IMG/VR virus record: IMGVR_UViG_3300020450_000029 | Location: 1-55,989 of that record | DNA: 55,989 nucleotides | Strand: one strand, 5' to 3' | Origin: a virus | Lineage: Duplodnaviria; Caudoviricetes | Shown here: positions 54,794 through 55,989 of the stretch, piece after piece | Layout: each line of letters starts with the position of its first letter | Numbering within the stretch: the first letter of the stretch is position 1 | Notes under the pieces: generated by a model | What the model was told of the DNA's origin: nothing | The model's input: only the letters and a program-made list of their open reading frames with translations | The model's database searches: none | Translations under genes and position numbers: made by a program

Positions 54794-55989
54794 ATGAGTC
54801 AACAAGCATTAGACGAACATCTATCCAAAAAATATGAACAAGGTTTTATTACAGAAGTAGAAGCCTTTACCCTGCCACCTGGATTGAATGAAGATGTGAT
54901 AACAAAAATATCACAGTTTAAAAAAGAACCACAGTGGTTACTTGATTGGAGATTGAAAGCCTATCGTAAATGGCTTACAATGGAAGAGCCAGACTGGCAT
55001 CAACTTGATATACAGCCAATTGATTATCAAGCTATATCATATTACTCAGCACCTAAACCAAAACTTAAATCAATGGACGAGGTTGATCCTGAAGTTATTG
55101 CTACTTTTGAAAAGTTAGGCATACCAACAAAAGAGCAGGCGGCACTAGCAGGTGTAGCAGTAGATGCAGTATTTGATAGTGTATCAGTTGCAACAACATT
55201 TAAAAAAGACTTAGAAAAAGTAGGAGTCATATTTTCATCATTTGGTGAAGCAGTGCAAGAACATCCTGAACTTGTGAAAAAGTATTTAGGATCGGTAATC
55301 CCGCCAGGCGACAATTATTTTGCTTGTTTGAATTCAGCGGTATTTACAGACGGAAGTTTTTGTTATATTCCAAAAGGGGTAAGATGCCCAATGGAACTTT
55401 CAACATACTTTAGAATAAATCAAGCAAACACAGGACAATTTGAAAGAACATTGATTGTATGTGAGGATGATGCATATGTAAGTTACTTAGAAGGTTGCAC
55501 CGCACCAGCAAGAGATGAAAACCAATTGCATGCCGCTTGTGTAGAGATTGTTGCTAAAGAAAGAGCTGAAGTAAAATATTCAACAGTGCAAAACTGGTAT
55601 CCTGGAGATCCTGTAACAGGCAAAGGTGGAGTATATAATTTTGTAACAAAAAGAGGAATGTGCAAAGGATTTAGAAGTAAAATTACATGGACTCAAGTTG
55701 AAACAGGATCAGCACTAACATGGAAGTATCCTAGTTGCATATTAAAAGGTGATGAAAGCCAAGGAGAATTTTACAGTGTAGCAGTTAGCACAGGTAGACA
55801 GCAAGCTGACACAGGAACAAAAATGATCCACTTGGGTAAAAATACTACTTCAACTATTGTTTCAAAAGGTATTAGTGCAAAACAAGGAAAACAAACATAC
55901 AGAGGGCTTGTTAAAATGAACAGTCGTGCTGGAAACAGTCAATCTAAAAACTTTACACAATGTGATAGTATGCTAATTGGAGATAAATG
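54794..55989 (+). CDS. sufB: Fe-S cluster assembly protein SufB (partial, runs off window; not in ORF track)
   Basis: [10 protein letters not shown]...[64 protein letters not shown]. Confidence 0.95.
   Translation, partial: MSQQALDEHLSKKYEQGFITEVEAFTLPPGLNEDVITKISQFKKEPQWLLDWRLKAYRKWLTMEEPDWHQLDIQPIDYQAISYYSAPKPKLKSMDEVDPEVIATFEKLGIPTKEQAALAGVAVDAVFDSVSVATTFKKDLEKVGVIFSSFGEAVQEHPELVKKYLGSVIPPGDNYFACLNSAVFTDGSFCYIPKGVRCPMELSTYFRINQANTGQFERTLIVCEDDAYVSYLEGCTAPARDENQLHAACVEIVAKERAEVKYSTVQNWYPGDPVTGKGGVYNFVTKRGMCKGFRSKITWTQVETGSALTWKYPSCILKGDESQGEFYSVAVSTGRQQADTGTKMIHLGKNTTSTIVSKGISAKQGKQTYRGLVKMNSRAGNSQSKNFTQCDSMLIGDK

Noticed and set aside
1-55989. CRISPR array, integrase, transposase, reverse transcriptase, intron or intein
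   Set aside because: No repeat-spacer array or diagnostic motifs seen; RNR, helicases and ligase appear uninterrupted
1-55989. Stop-codon reassignment
   Set aside because: Recognisable genes are full length under code 11 and end in TAA, TAG or TGA; no suppressor tRNA

Overview
A 56-kb, AT-rich, densely coding and almost entirely plus-strand segment of a large lytic dsDNA tailed phage with T4-like replication genes. The host is most likely a marine alphaproteobacterium, based on a circularly permuted two-piece tmRNA with tag ANDNFAPSDYALAA, plus pseudoazurin, FdxA and a porin. Replication and nucleotide genes: UvsW-like helicase, primase, gp41-like helicase, putative clamp-loader subunit, a 189-aa 'mini-DnaE', PD-(D/E)XK and DEDD exonucleases, DNA ligase, class II RNR with glutaredoxin, GuaC, RpiB and QueD. 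Also present: a late head/tail block with PAAR, translation and proteostasis genes (IF3, bS21, tmRNA, 3 tRNAs, Hsp20, ClpS), Fe-S genes (SufT, FdxA, partial SufB) and envelope enzymes. The most notable unexplained signals are: (1) a possible translation-control layer, with at least 10 apparently leaderless genes, IF3 plus bS21, and a 3'-UTR hairpin with an anti-Shine-Dalgarno loop; (2) several structured intergenic RNAs (91-360, 1750-1840, 36705-36910, 40671-40782); (3) periodic RGC(A/U) arrays at three loci; (4) a palindromic operator in four early promoters; (5) enzymes with a shared putative capsid-targeting N-terminus; (6) the mini-DnaE. All calls are by eye from motifs; no database searches were run.
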